DNA of 44,298 nucleotides from Octopus bimaculoides (GCF_001194135.2 NC_069001.1:9461187-9505484), one strand, 5' to 3'; positions 22,195-35,693 are shown, counted from the stretch's first letter. A program made the numbers and translations. The notes: a model not told the origin generated them from the sequence alone.

Positions 22195-22921
22195 CAGTGT
22201 ACATTTAAACACATAAGAGAGGTGTCCATAATAGGACATCTAACCCGCTAGGAGGAGCAGTCAAACTCCAAACCACAATTAGGGATAATTTCGAAAGGGA
22301 ATGAAAAATAAAACATTTACCATCTACTTCCTGAACCAAGGTTTCAAGCTATTTTCAGCAAGAAAACCACACATGCGCAGTAGATATGAAAAATTATAAC
22401 ATACAAGCACGAGGCATATTTCTATGTAATACCCCGTATATATGTGAATAGTATATAGTCTATTGAGTAGTTTTTTTTTTCTTCTCACTAGACCACTGGT
22501 AGTAAAAAGAATTTCTAATTTTTTTTTGCTACCCTAAGATTTATTAATAATGATATAATGATTTTTTTGCTTATTTCTGGAAGAAAATCGGCATTTGTTT
22601 GTATTTGCTGCTGCTAAGAAAATCGCACATGCGCGGTAGATATGGAAAATTATAACATACAAGCACGAGGCATGTTTCTATGTATTGCCCCGTATTTATG
22701 TGTTAATCTTGGATTACCTGCTGATGATAGCTGGCCTAGCAAATTATTTCATTTTGCTGAAAATAGCTTGAAACCTTGGTTCAGGAAACAGATGGTAAAT
22801 GTTTTTATTTTTCATTCGCTTTCGAAATTATCCCTAATTGTGGTTTGGAGTTTGACTGCTCCTTCTGACTGGTTAGATGTCCTTTTATGGACATCTCTCT
22901 TATGTGTTTAAATGTACACTG
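22195..22921. mobile_element. IR3: TA|CAGTG...CACTG|TA-bounded 727-bp unit with about 168-bp inverted arms (Tc1-like MITE, or a local inverted templated duplication)
   Basis: Arms 22195-22361 and 22754-22921 differ at about 10 positions. TA flanks both ends, and CAGTG starts are typical of Tc1 TIRs. The inverted repeat itself is certain; the transposon interpretation is not. Confidence 0.5.
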
Positions 22922-23010
22922 TATGTATTTATATGAATAGTATATAGTCTATTGACTAGTTTTTTTCTTCTCGTTAGACCACTGGTAGCAAAAAGAATTT
23001 CTAATTTTTT
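22361..23010 (+). repeat. Local direct duplications B (22361-22446 / 22616-22702) and C (22443-22527 / 22932-23010)
   Basis: About 8 substitutions in 87 nt for B, and about 5 substitutions plus a T-run length change for C. Confidence 0.9.
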
Positions 23011-24569
23011 ATAGAAAAAATCTATAAGAACAGACCACAACTTTATCATTTGAGAAGTGTGAAATATTTACCGCAAGTTACCACCCAATATTTCAAGAAG
23101 TATTCTTTGAGTCTTTAACTTGTCAGCCGATATTAATTTTAAAACAGTTACACGACTGACCACGTAATACTTATTTTAGCAATTTTGGAAATATCTTAAA
23201 ACAGGGTAGCAAAGGAAAATACAACGATGTACTAATTTTAACTATTTAATATCAATTCACCAAACAACTGAATATTGAGAGTGTTAGAATGTTAGTTAAA
23301 ATACATTCACATTTCTCTTGTGTAAGGGTAAATTGTGCCGTTATAATAATAAACGACAACCATAGAATAGATAGACGCATGAGGACCAGGCAGCAGAATT
23401 TCTTGTGAATTAATGTGAACTCTTTCGTCACCGAGGACATAGAACTAAACAACTGAATGAACAGACATTATATATATATGTGTGTGAGTGTGTGTAAATA
23501 TAAAATGCTTGAATAAAAGTATTATTTTGAATCATTCTTGAAACGATGTATATACATGTGTGTGTGTTTGCGAGGGAGAGAATAGGAGAGTCCGTAACTG
23601 AATGTGTGTATAAAAATAAACATATCATATATACGGACACGGCCTTCCTGTATCAGGAGACAACTAGAAATGCAAAAACTAGCGAACGAGGACCCTATAT
23701 GACAGTTGATCGACCTCATAGAAATAGCAGCTACTTCACGCAGAAATTCAAATCTTTATTCGTCGAAAGCACGTATCAATGTATTTAGGTGACATAGTGT
23801 TGATAGGTAATCCATAACTGAAAAAAAAAAAAAAAGCAACAACAACGGAAACTGACAGGATAGTTTCATATGAAAATAGCATGGGGTTTAATTTATAAAC
23901 AATATATCTATTACTGAATGTAGCAAGTGATTAACATGTAGTACTACAAAAATAAACATTTTTTAACGATTGGTTATTACTATCAACAGTTTGTAGGAAA
24001 AAAAANNNNNNNNNNNNNNNNNNNNNNNNNNNNNNNNNNNNNNNNNNNNNNNNNNNNNNNNNNNNNNNNNNNNNNNNNNNNNNNNNNNNNNNNNNNNNNN
24101 NNNNNGTATATATATATGTATATATATATATAAATGTATATATATATATATGTGTGTATATGCATGTGTATATGTATGTGTATATATATGTGTATATATA
24201 TATGTATATATATATGTGTGCATCGTCTAAGAACTTACTTTTAAATTCTTGGACTTCTACTTAAACGAAAGAAGACATTTTTCTCGCTTTTTTCTTTGCT
24301 ATTTCATTTTTTGCTAAAAATAATAATAAAAAAAAAAAACAAAAAAACAGGTTGTTGCTGTGGCGGAATCTTGAAAGCGGCGTGCAACAAAACTTATTGT
24401 ATTTTCCTACGGACATTTACAATCGAATTCAGATCGATCCCTTCTAGAATATTTCAAAGATTGATCAAGTTTGATTCTAGCTAAAAATATCGACTTGTTC
24501 CTGTGTTAGGAAATATACATACGTATATAAATATATGTAGAGACGCATAAATACATCTCTCTACCTACC

Positions 24570-24616
<47 letters not shown>

Positions 24617-24679
24617 CGCATTTACAATGTATATATACACACATAAAGCTACATGCATATATTCTCTTATTCTGTTAGC

Positions 24680-24843
24680 TGTTTCAGTCATTTAACTGCG
24701 GCCATACTGAAGCAACGCCTTTAGTCGAGCAAATCGACCGCAGGACTTACTCTTTGTAAGTTTAGTACTAATTCTATCGGTCAGTTTTGCCGAACCGCTA
24801 AGTTACGGAGACGTAAACACACCAGCATCGATTGTCAAGCGAT
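24680..24843 (-). mobile_element. SINE family C copy
   Basis: gtttcagtcatttaactgcggccat..gcctttagtcgagcaaatcgacc..ccgctaagttacggagacgtaaacacaccagcatcgattgtcaagcgat. Confidence 0.85.
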
Positions 24844-26244
24844 GCTAGGGGGGGGGGCGGAGACAAACAGAGGCACGCAAACATATACACATAAACGTAT
24901 ATGCATTCTTTATATATATGTAGCTCACTATAAATTCATATATATATATATATATACATAGCTATCCTGAAAAATGGCTAGATTATATATATGTATATAT
25001 GTGTGTGTATTATGAAGTAACCAGTAAGCAGACGGCGAGTGTGTCTGTGTGTTCATTATAGTTGTCAATCTGAGAGGATGTCAGCTGGCGTGGTACAACA
25101 ATAGACATTCCACATATAATGTAGTTCTCTCTGTGTTCTTCCTGCCATGTAATTCTGACGACTACACGTACTTGATACACAGGAGTCTCTGTCAATCTGC
25201 TCATATGTTAGACGATATGGCAATATGTCTGTCTGCCCACTCTGTACATAACAGTGTGTGTGAGTGTGTGTGTGCATATACATGTATATATATATGTATG
25301 TGTATATATATATATATATATATATNNNNNNNNNNNNNNNNNNNNNNNNNNNNNNNNNNNNNNNNNNNNNNNNNNNNNNNNNNNNNNNNNNNNNNNNNNN
25401 NNNNNNNNNNNNNNNNNNNNNNNNNNNNNNNNNNNNNNNNNNNNNNNNNNNNNNNNNNNNNNNNNNNNNNNNNNNNNNNNNNNNNNNNNNNNNNNNNNNN
25501 NNNNNNNNNNNNNNNNNNNNNNNNNNNNNNNNNNNNNNNNNNNNNNNNNNNNNNNNNNNNNNNNNNNNNNNNNNNNNNNNNNNNNNNNNNNNNNNNNNNN
25601 NNNNNNNNNNNNNNNNNNNNNNNNNNNNNNNNNNNNNNNNNNNNNNNNNNNNNNNNNNNNNNNNNNNNNNNNNNNNNNNNNNNNNNNNNNNNNNNNNNNN
25701 NNNNNNNNNNNNNNNNNNNNNNNNNNNNNNNNNNNNNNNNNNNNNNNNNNNNNNNNNNNNNNNNNNNNNNNNNNNNNNNNNNNNNNNNNNNNNNNNNNNN
25801 NNNNNNNNNNNNNNNNNNNNNNNNNNNNNNNNNNNNNNNNNNNNNNNNNNNNNNNNNNNNNNNNNNNNNNNNNNNNNNNNNNNNNNNNNNNNNNNNNNNN
25901 NNNNNNNNNNNNNNNNNNNNNNNNNNNNNNNNNNNNNNNNNNNNNNNNNNNNNNNNNNNNNNNNNNNNNNNNNNNNNNNNNNNNNNNNNNNNNNNNNNNN
26001 NNNNNNNNNNNNNNNNNNNNNNNNNNNNNNNNNNNNNNNNNNNNNNNNNNNNNNNNNNNNNNNNNNNNNNNNNNNNNNNNNNNNNNNNNNNNNNNNNNNN
26101 NNNNNNNNNNNNNNNNNNNNNNNNNNNNNNNNNNNNNNNNNNNNNNNNNNNNNNNNNNNNNNNNNNNNNNNNNNNNNNNNNNNNNNNNNNNNNNNNNNNN
26201 NNNNNNNNNNNNNNNNNNNNNNNNNNNNNNNNNNNNNNNNNNNN

Positions 26245-26285
<41 letters not shown>

Positions 26286-27594
26286 CTGTCTGTCTGTCTG
26301 TCAGTCAGTCCGTCCATCCCTCCATCCGTTGTCTGTCTGTCTATCTATGTACTCAGATTATATGTTATGGAAAAACAACCATATGTATATGGAATATATT
26401 AGTAAATCTTTTTTTATATTATTTTACCTCGGAATATCAGACCTTTAGAGTTGTTTCAATGTAGATTCTATCAAATAGAAAATTTTCACATATTGTGCAG
26501 TTAAGTGTAATTATTATTAAACAAAATTGTAGAAAACAATATAAGGAACATATAAATATCAGCTTATAATATTTTCCTTATTTGAAAAATATGCGCGATA
26601 ACGTCAATAATAAATAAAATACTTCGAAACAGCCGTAAAGATGTGATTACTCCGTGAAATATACGTATGTAATGTATATGTATGTATATGTATATATGTA
26701 CGTAGTACGTTCCTATACACAAACGTACTACATATGTATGTATATACATACATGCGTACAGGCGTGCACGCATGCATGCATACATACATACATACATACA
26801 TACATATCTTGAACTAACTGTTACTTTGTCAAAGGCAGGACGGAATTTTGTCAGTGAACTGGTCGCGGTCTCAAAGCGACGAAAATATTTTGACGAATTA
26901 AATTTAAATGTTGAAGTAAATCTAACGGTATCTGTGTGTTTTTAAATAGCTTATAAACACCTTCCACGCTGCAATTGTTTATATATANNNNNNNNNNNNN
27001 NNNNNNNNNNNNNNNNNNNNNNNNNNNNNNNNNNNNNNNNNNNNNNNNNNNNNNNNNNNNNNNNNNNNNNNNNNNNNNNNNNNNNNNNNNNNNNNNNNNN
27101 NNNNNNNNNNNNNNNNNNNNNNNNNNNNNNNNNNNNNNNNNNNNNNNNNNNNNNNNNNNNNNNNNNNNNNNNNNNNNNNNNNNNNNNNNNNNNNNNNNNN
27201 NNNNNNNNNNNNNNNNNNNNNNNNNNNNNNNNNNNNNNNNNNNNNNNNNNNNNNNNNNNNNNNNNNNNNNNNNNNNNNNNNNNNNNNNNNNNNNNNNNNN
27301 NNNNNNNNNNNNNNNNNNNNNNNNNNNNNNNNNNNNNNNNNNNNNNNNNNNNNNNNNNNNNNNNNNNNNNNNNNNNNNNNNNNNNNNNNNNNNNNNNNNN
27401 NNNNNNNNNNNNNNNNNNNNNNNNNNNNNNNNNNNNNNNNNNNNNNNNNNNNNNNNNNNNNNNNNNNNNAAAAAGTTCTCCAGAAAAGATTTCGCAAAAC
27501 TCCAGAACATATATTTTTCTTTGTGGTTGGGGCGTTGATGACCTCTTTCTAGCATATTGGATGTCCACTTGGTGGTCATCCCTTCTTATTCACA

Positions 27595-27637
<43 letters not shown>

Positions 27638-28515
27638 AAGCACGTTTAGATCTCAAGTTGTTATTTCCGACTCCCAGGAGTTTATGCGACTGATAGCGCA
27701 TGATGCCCTTCAGTGGAACTATGCTCTGTCCGACAATGAAATTTCGAGCTGCGGCTGCACCAAGTTATTTTCGGTTGAGTGTCCAAGAATTTCGGAAATG
27801 AAAGCACCTTTCGCCGAAGAACAAAACACCCGCCTTTGACAAACATGCAACTGAAGAACATGTGCATGCGTGTGACGCCACCATTATGCATGATAGATGT
27901 ACAATATTCATTCATGTATTGCGAGTTTACATATCTATCTATCTATCTATCTATATATGAACACATATACACGCGCGCACATAGATACAAATATATATAT
28001 AGCCACAGACATACACAAGAGCGCATATATATATGACCTCATCACGTTTTCTTTTCTAATATTTCTCGTTAACTAAAAATTTATTTAATACTTGTATTAA
28101 AACCTCTTATCATTTTTTTTTTAAATGCTGATATAAAACATTTTATCATCGTCCATAAGGTCAGTTTATTTTACGGCGAATTTTGAGGACGCGGTAGTTT
28201 GTAAACGCCTTACCTAGGCCAACGTTTAACGTTGCAAGACGCAAAATTAAGTGTGAAACATGGAACTGAGGTTAAGGTTAATTCGTAACCACGTTTGTTT
28301 CGGGTTCTGTCAGTCTTTTTGTCGCACTAGGATCCTTAGTTCAACAGGGGTTGTCCAATATTTGGATATAAGGACAGTTCATTAAAAAAAACCTTGAGCT
28401 CACGATGTATAACCGCACGCACACACACACAGACATTTATCAAATACTTGCACAAATATATGTATATACACAGCGGTAAATATATGTGTGTATAAATGAA
28501 TAAAAATATCTAATG

Positions 28516-28552
<37 letters not shown>

Positions 28553-28646
28553 CCATTTGTATATATATTTTACATACACACACACATACATATATTTGTA
28601 TATGTACATATATATTTGCATGTATCTATATATCTCTGTCTATATA

Positions 28647-28679
<33 letters not shown>

Positions 28680-28901
28680 NNNNNNNNNNNNNNNNNNNNN
28701 NNNNNNNNNNNNNNNNNNNNNNNNNNNNNNNNNNNNNNNNNNNNNNNNNNNNNNNNNNNNNNNNNNNNNNNNNNNNNNNNNNNNNNNNNNNNNNNNNNNN
28801 NNNNNNNNNNNNNNNNNNNNNNNNNNNNNNNNNNNNNNNNNNNNNNNNNNNNNNNNNNNNNNNNNNNNNNNNNNNNNNNNNNNNNNNNNNNNNNNNNNNN
28901 N

Positions 28902-29216
28902 CGTTGTGAGTATTTATTGAGCGAAAACACCTGAAACTCCACGAGGCTCCGGCAGGGGATGGTGGCGAACCCTGCTGTACTCTTTCACCACAACTTTCTC
29001 TCACTCTTTCTTCCTGTTTCTGTTGTACCTTTATTTCAAAGGGGCCAGCCTTGACACACTGTGTCACGCTGAATATCCCCGAGAACTACGTTAAGGGTAC
29101 ACGTGTCTGTGGAGTGCTCAGCCACTTGCACGTTAATTTCACGAGCAGGCTGTTCCGTTGATCGGATCAACTGGAACCCTCGACGTCGTAAGCGACGGAG
29201 TGCCAACAACAACAAC
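28902..29216 (+). mobile_element. SINE family E copy (5' end lost in the gap), (AAC)n tail
   Basis: Colinear with 38627-38905. Confidence 0.9.
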
Positions 29217-29659
29217 ATTTAAATACAATGACATACATTCACAAACACACAAATTGATAATAAACAGATAAGTACTGAATATTGATGAGCACACTAAAAA
29301 AAAAACCCAGCTGGTGGATGACACCGTTCTATTGTTAAATTAAACAAACACACACACTTCGAATATATCTTTACATACATAGATAGATATATACCTTAAA
29401 TCACATTTCATATTCTCTCTCCTTGATACGCTTCGCTAAACAAACACTCGACGCAACACATAATCACAAGTATGTACACACAGACACACGCCCAGACACG
29501 CATCTGCACGCAAAGTTCATACACTTACTCTTGAATTCTGACATACATATAGTGACATAAACAATACTAGTTTACAAGTACACACATAGATAAATGCATA
29601 TATATGTGTGTACATATACGCATATACAGGAGGCAAAGCCAAAAGTTTGAACGATAAAA

Positions 29660-29729
29660 AAATAAAACAGAAACTGTATCAAGTTTTAAGCGTAAATTCG
29701 GGGTGCGGCTTATACACGAGTAAACACAG
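29660..29729 (+). mobile_element. Tigger/pogo-like DNA transposon right terminus (single end)
   Basis: ggggtgcggcttatacacgagtaaacacag|TA is the reverse complement of a TA|CxGTxTxTACTCGxGTATAAGCCG-type TIR. No left end was found. Confidence 0.55.
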
Positions 29730-29801
29730 TAAATATACATCGGTGATGGTTAGTCATATTTGAAACAAGTAATCTCTGATTGTTTTCAAGTTTTTGGAGC
29801 G

Positions 29802-30360
29802 TTTAGAGTGTGGTATTTGTGTTGCATAAACGCTGGTTACCTAAAGTCTTTATATCCCAATATGCCTTGCAATAGTTTCTGATTCCTTGCCTTTCAAAGC
29901 GCAAGTCAATATACAGACTTCTTTGGATCAATATACTACTTATTTTGATATCAGCAGATAATGATTAAAAAATAAAGGACGTTGTTTTGCATATGCCCTT
30001 GTACGCAGTCGGGAGTACAAATGTACAAATTGAAATGCAAAAGAGCGAAATACTGAATTGGAAGTTTGGTAATTGCATTTATTTTCATCACGCGAAACTT
30101 ATGAGACCAACATGTTGTCTATCTAAAGATTGTTCTTTTGTACAAAAGAACCCCTTTGCTCCAAAACGCCCCCCCCCCCTCAGCCTACAAAAGACCGAGA
30201 AGCCATATTGCTCCCGTTGAGAATATTTGATTTAGAGCGTAGCATTCCTATCGCACAAACGCTGGTTACTCAAACTTCTTATATCCCGATATGCTTTGCG
30301 CCAGTTTCTTATTCTTTGCCTCTCAAAGCGCAAGTCCATACAGAGGTATCTTTGGACCAA
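29802..30360 (+). repeat. Diverged 130-bp direct repeat pair (29802-29931 and 30231-30360)
   Basis: Colinear, about 28 substitutions by hand count, offset 429 bp. Confidence 0.85.
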
Positions 30361-31145
30361 CAAATAAATGTCGAAGTTTTTTATAGAGTTAGAATTTATC
30401 ATACGCGTGTTTGACTGCAAAAAACTGCGTGTTTCGAAGTTTTCTCGATTGCAATGTCCTAAAAAAGGTCAAAAGTCGGCGAGAACTGGCACAATTTTCT
30501 GATCATTTCAGTGCAGGATGACCCCCTGAGATGCAGTTGGTGTCGAAGCGGTAGAGTCTTGCTTTCCCCATAAAGTTGTGTGCTCGTAATCATTCGAGAC
30601 CATGACCGTGAGACACGTCATTAGCAAATTTCGCGCAACCAGAGAACTTATACGAGTTCGCACATAAACATACATATGTACATACGCGCGTGCACACACA
30701 TACTTACATATATGCATACATACATATACATATTAACACATATAAGCATAGACATATATACATATTTCATAACTGTGTATTATATAGATACCTGTATATA
30801 CTTTATCAATTACACACACGTACGCATGGATACAAACACAGACACAAACGTACACACATGCACATACAAATTGACATATATACACATATATATATAAGTC
30901 CATATAAATGTATATATGTATACATAAAAATATATGAATACATACAGACACACTCGTAAATACAGTCTCACACGCACATACATGCGCGCGCGTACATATA
31001 TATATAAATGAATAAATAGATAGATAGATAGATATTTACATGTATATAGACTCACACACACACATGTATGCATATACACCTGTGTTTATGAGAGAAGGCG
31101 AGAGAGAGCGATAGAAAGTCTCATAGATGCATACTCCATAAGCAG

Positions 31146-31205
<60 letters not shown>

Positions 31206-31562
31206 GCAACCACACACAGATATATATACTGCTTGTGTAGAACAACCTGCCTAAATCCGTAAGAATATACTCGGGCGTTATTCCTTAATATATTTATATT
31301 GTTTATCATTTCATGTGAAACAAATAATACAGAAAATAACAAACACACAAACAAGAGAATAACAGAAATAACACAGACAAAATATATAGATTAAAATAAA
31401 AATAAAAAAAGTCGCGCGCTGAGAATTCTTCGACATAGCCCACGGGAAAGTATATTTATATTTTGTAAGACGTATATTTCTGCTTATTTACTTATGTGTT
31501 TATTTATGGGCTTATTCTAATTCTTATGTATTATTGTTGTTGTTATCGTCGTTACGCCGCTG

Positions 31563-31617
31563 CTTCTTCTTCTTCTTCTTCTTCTTCTTCTTCTTCTTCT
31601 TCTTCTTCTTCTTCTTC
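31563..31617. repeat. (CTT)n microsatellite
   Basis: Directly visible. Confidence 0.95.
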
Positions 31618-31885
31618 TATATATATATACACATATATATGTATATGTATATCTATGTATATGTTTATGTACATAAGTATGTATTACTTTAGCGCTCGGG
31701 AAGAATGGAAAAGTCTTCTACAGAAGGGTTCGGGAGTAAAAAAATGTGTTGGGGTTTATAGTTTAACGTACGTACATACACACATATATACATACATACA
31801 TATACATACATACATACATATACATACATACATACATACATACATACATGTTTATTTAATATGTAAAACTTTGTANNNNNNNNNN

Positions 31886-31935
<50 letters not shown>

Positions 31936-32874
31936 TGTGTGCATGTATACATATATCTATATGTATACGTATATTTATTTAGCTCCGATTCATCTGCATA
32001 AAATGAGACGAAACTCAGCTAATAGTTGTTTGATGGAGTTGAATATATTCTGATATTTCACTAAGAACTTTTCCTTTCTTCAAAAACGCGGTTATTAAAA
32101 TCCCCTTCTTCCTATTTTACGACGAAAATGCTGTTGAAAAAAAATATTTAAAAAAAAATATTTTTAAACCATTGCTTTTACGACTTCTATTTCGCAGTTA
32201 TCTCGACAAATATTCGAAACATGTTATATATTGATGTACTTCGTGTGTTATATACAAGTTATGTTATATAACTCTTCATATATTTGTGTTATTATATCGA
32301 TATGGTGTCCATGTGTTAGTTTTACATGTGTTACTTTGGGAAGTGTAACATTTGCATATACGTTTCAATTTTATATGTGTTATCACATGTGTGTTATACA
32401 TTGCTGTTTTGGATAAGTGTCATCTTTTACAAGGTGTATTTGTGCCATATCTTGATGGGGTGTAAATCTTTCTTTTACTGCTATAATAAACATTTCTAAG
32501 TTTATGTTGCTATTCGTTTTAATTTCATTTAGAGGAAAATATGGTAATATATTGATTCTTTACAACGAAAAATTCCAAATATTCTGGTGTTTGTTTAATT
32601 CTGATATTCCTTATTGTCTGCAGTACCACTCGTTTATTCTTTAAATGTTTGACTTTCGATAGTGGCCATGCAAAAGTACAGATTTTGAAGATCTTAGTCT
32701 ACGAATATATATTCTCTGTACACGTTCTTCGGATACTTTGCAACCACATCAGACGATTGGTTGGCAACGTGAACCTAGTAATACAGGGACATTACCTAAA
32801 CTGACAGTATGGCAACCAAGAAAAAAAGTATATGTTTTCTTTATAGACTTAGTCTTAACAAAAAAGAATATAAG

Positions 32875-32950
32875 TCCCAGTACGTGGCACCTTGGGCAGG
32901 TGTCTTCTAATATAGTTGGGGCCGACCAAATCCTTGTGAGGGGATTCCGT
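32875..32950 (+). mobile_element. SINE family B internal fragment
   Basis: gtggcaccttgggcaggtgtcttctaatatag..gccgaccaaatccttgtgag. Confidence 0.8.
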
Positions 32951-33022
32951 ATGTATATAATCAACAATAATAGATTATTATGAAGTAACATAGCATTTCT
33001 TTTAATTCTTTTTATATATACA

Positions 33023-33235
33023 GGGCGGTGAGCTGGCAGAATTGTTAGCACGCCGGGCGAAATGCTTAGCGGTATTTCGTCTGTTTTTACTGGGTTCAAA
33101 TTCCGCCGAGGTCGACTTTGCCTCTCATCCTTTCGGGGTCGATAAATTAAGTACCAGTTGCACACTGAGGTCGATCTAATCGACTGCCTGCCCCGCCAAA
33201 TTTCGAGCCTTGTACCTAGAATAGGAAAGAATATT
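33023..33235 (+). mobile_element. SINE family A, near-consensus full-length copy
   Basis: A-box-like tggcagaattg, B-box ggttcaaattcc, complete central domain and 3' end. Confidence 0.92.
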
Positions 33236-33587
33236 TATGCTTCACCTGAAGTATGAGGCTTGTTCGTAGACACGGGTGGGTGAGGGAGCAGCACTGCAAC
33301 CACATGCATTTAGATATGTGAAATGTAAGCTCGAATGTATATATATGTGTGTGTGTGTGTGTGTGTTTGTGTGTGTGTCAGTATACGTGTGTGTGTGTGT
33401 GTGTGTGTGTGTATTTGTGTCAGTATACGTGTGTGTGTGTGTGTGTGTATTTGTGTCAGTATACGTGTGTGTGTGTGTATACGTGTGTGTATACGAGGAT
33501 ATGCGTGTATCAGTGCCTATTGCATGCCTCACGTATGTCTGAGTGTATATATGTATATATACACACATATATGTGTGTATATGTATA

Positions 33588-33640
<53 letters not shown>

Positions 33641-33723
33641 TATATATANNNNNNNNNNNNNNNNNNNNNNNNNNNNNNNNNNNNNNNNNNNNNNNNNNNN
33701 NNNNNNNNNNNNNNNNNNNNNNN

Positions 33724-33781
<58 letters not shown>

Positions 33782-33904
33782 CACGTATATATACGCGTAC
33801 AAACATACTTCCATGTATATATATAATGTATATATACATGTGTATACTTATAAATATATGTTCATATTTAATGTATATGTATATAATGCATATATATGTA
33901 AGTA

Positions 33905-33936
<32 letters not shown>

Positions 33937-34413
33937 ATACTTGTAAATAAACATACATACATACATACATATGTAGGCGTCTACTCATGTTGATATAAGT
34001 GGATGCGTAGTTACTCCTACACGTGTGTATATAAATAAATGCTTGCACCTTGTGTGATGGTGTGTATACAGGTGACCGAGTATATGTTATGGCAGGCTCC
34101 AAGCTAATATATAGCCAGTTCATATACAATTATTGGCCCAGTAGGTTATTGATTAATTTTCTGTATATAGCGTTGAAATTATACACCACGGAGAGGCGGT
34201 CGATATGGTTCAATAGAATTGTTTGCACACGGCTGTTTGTTTGTTTATTCGAGTGTATATAGACGTGCATGCTTGTCTACAAGTATAGGTATGAGTGTAT
34301 ATTTGCATGCGTGTATATATGCACATATATGTATACAAACATTCATACATAATATCTGTCTATCTATCTAATATACATGCATATACAAATATATATATAT
34401 ATATATATATATA

Positions 34414-34457
<44 letters not shown>

Positions 34458-35594
34458 NNNNNNNNNNNNNNNNNNNNNNNNNNNNNNNNNNNNNNNNNNN
34501 NNNNNNNNNNNNNNNNNNNNNNNNNNNNNNNNNNNNNNNNNNNNNNNNNNNNNNNNNNNNNNNNNNNNNNNNNNNNNNNNNNNNNNNNNNNNNNNNNNNN
34601 NNNNNNNNNNNNNNNNNNNNNNNNNNNNNNNNNNNNNNNNNNNNNNNNNNNNNNNNNNNNNNNNNNNNNNNNNNNNNNNNNNNNNNNNNNNNNNNNNNNN
34701 NNNNNNNNNNNNNNNNNNNNNNNNNNNNNNNNNNNNNNNNNNNNNNNNNNNNNNNNNNNNNNNNNNNNNNNNNNNNNNNNNNNNNNNNNNNNNNNNNNNN
34801 NNNNNNNNNNNNNNNNNNNNNNNNNNNNNNNNNNNNNNNNNNNNNNNNNNNNNNNNNNNNNNNNNNNNNNNNNNNNNNNNNNNNNNNNNNNNNNNNNNNN
34901 NNNNNNNNNNNNNNNNNNNNNNNNNNNNNNNNNNNNNNNNNNNNNNNNNNNNNNNNNNNNNNNNNNNNNNNNNNNNNNNNNNNNNNNNNNNNNNNNNNNN
35001 NNNNNNNNNNNNNNNNNNNNNNNNNNNNNNNNNNNNNNNNNNNNNNNNNNNNNNNNNNNNNNNNNNNNNNNNNNNNNNNNNNNNNNNNNNNNNNNNNNNN
35101 NNNNNNNNNNNNNNNNNNNNNNNNNNNNNNNNNNNNNNNNNNNNNNNNNNNNNNNNNNNNNNNNNNNNNNNNNNNNNNNNNNNNNNNNNNNNNNNNNNNN
35201 NNNNNNNNNNNNNNNNNNNNNNNNNNNNNNNNNNNNNNNNNNNNNNNNNNNNNNNNNNNNNNNNNNNNNNNNNNNNNNNNNNNNNNNNNNNNNNNNNNNN
35301 NNNNNNNNNNNNNNATATATATATATATATACATAGTAATATGTAAATGATATATATCAATGAATATATTAATATTTAGCAGAAATACTGGAGTGACACA
35401 AGATAGGAGATTGTCCTGGCGTTGGCACTTACCAAACTTATATACATACATATATAAATATGTATGTATATATACACACACATAAATACATATAAATATA
35501 TACATACATCCACATGCATTCATACATACATATATATATATATATACATATACACATATTTATATACATATACATATGTATATATATATATATG

Positions 35595-35693
<99 letters not shown>

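Noticed and set aside
27640-27900. Complex-looking segment inside ORF 27561-27839
   Set aside because: The ORF start runs through (AT)n, there is no recognisable domain, and there are no convincing splice sites.
28345-28358. hAT-like TIR start caggggttgtccaa
   Set aside because: No partner TIR or 8-bp TSD was found.
32600-32804. Splice-acceptor-like ttattgtctgcag followed by a 60-codon open frame
   Set aside because: The peptide is unrecognised, and the open frame is not phase-compatible with the candidate 10756 donor.
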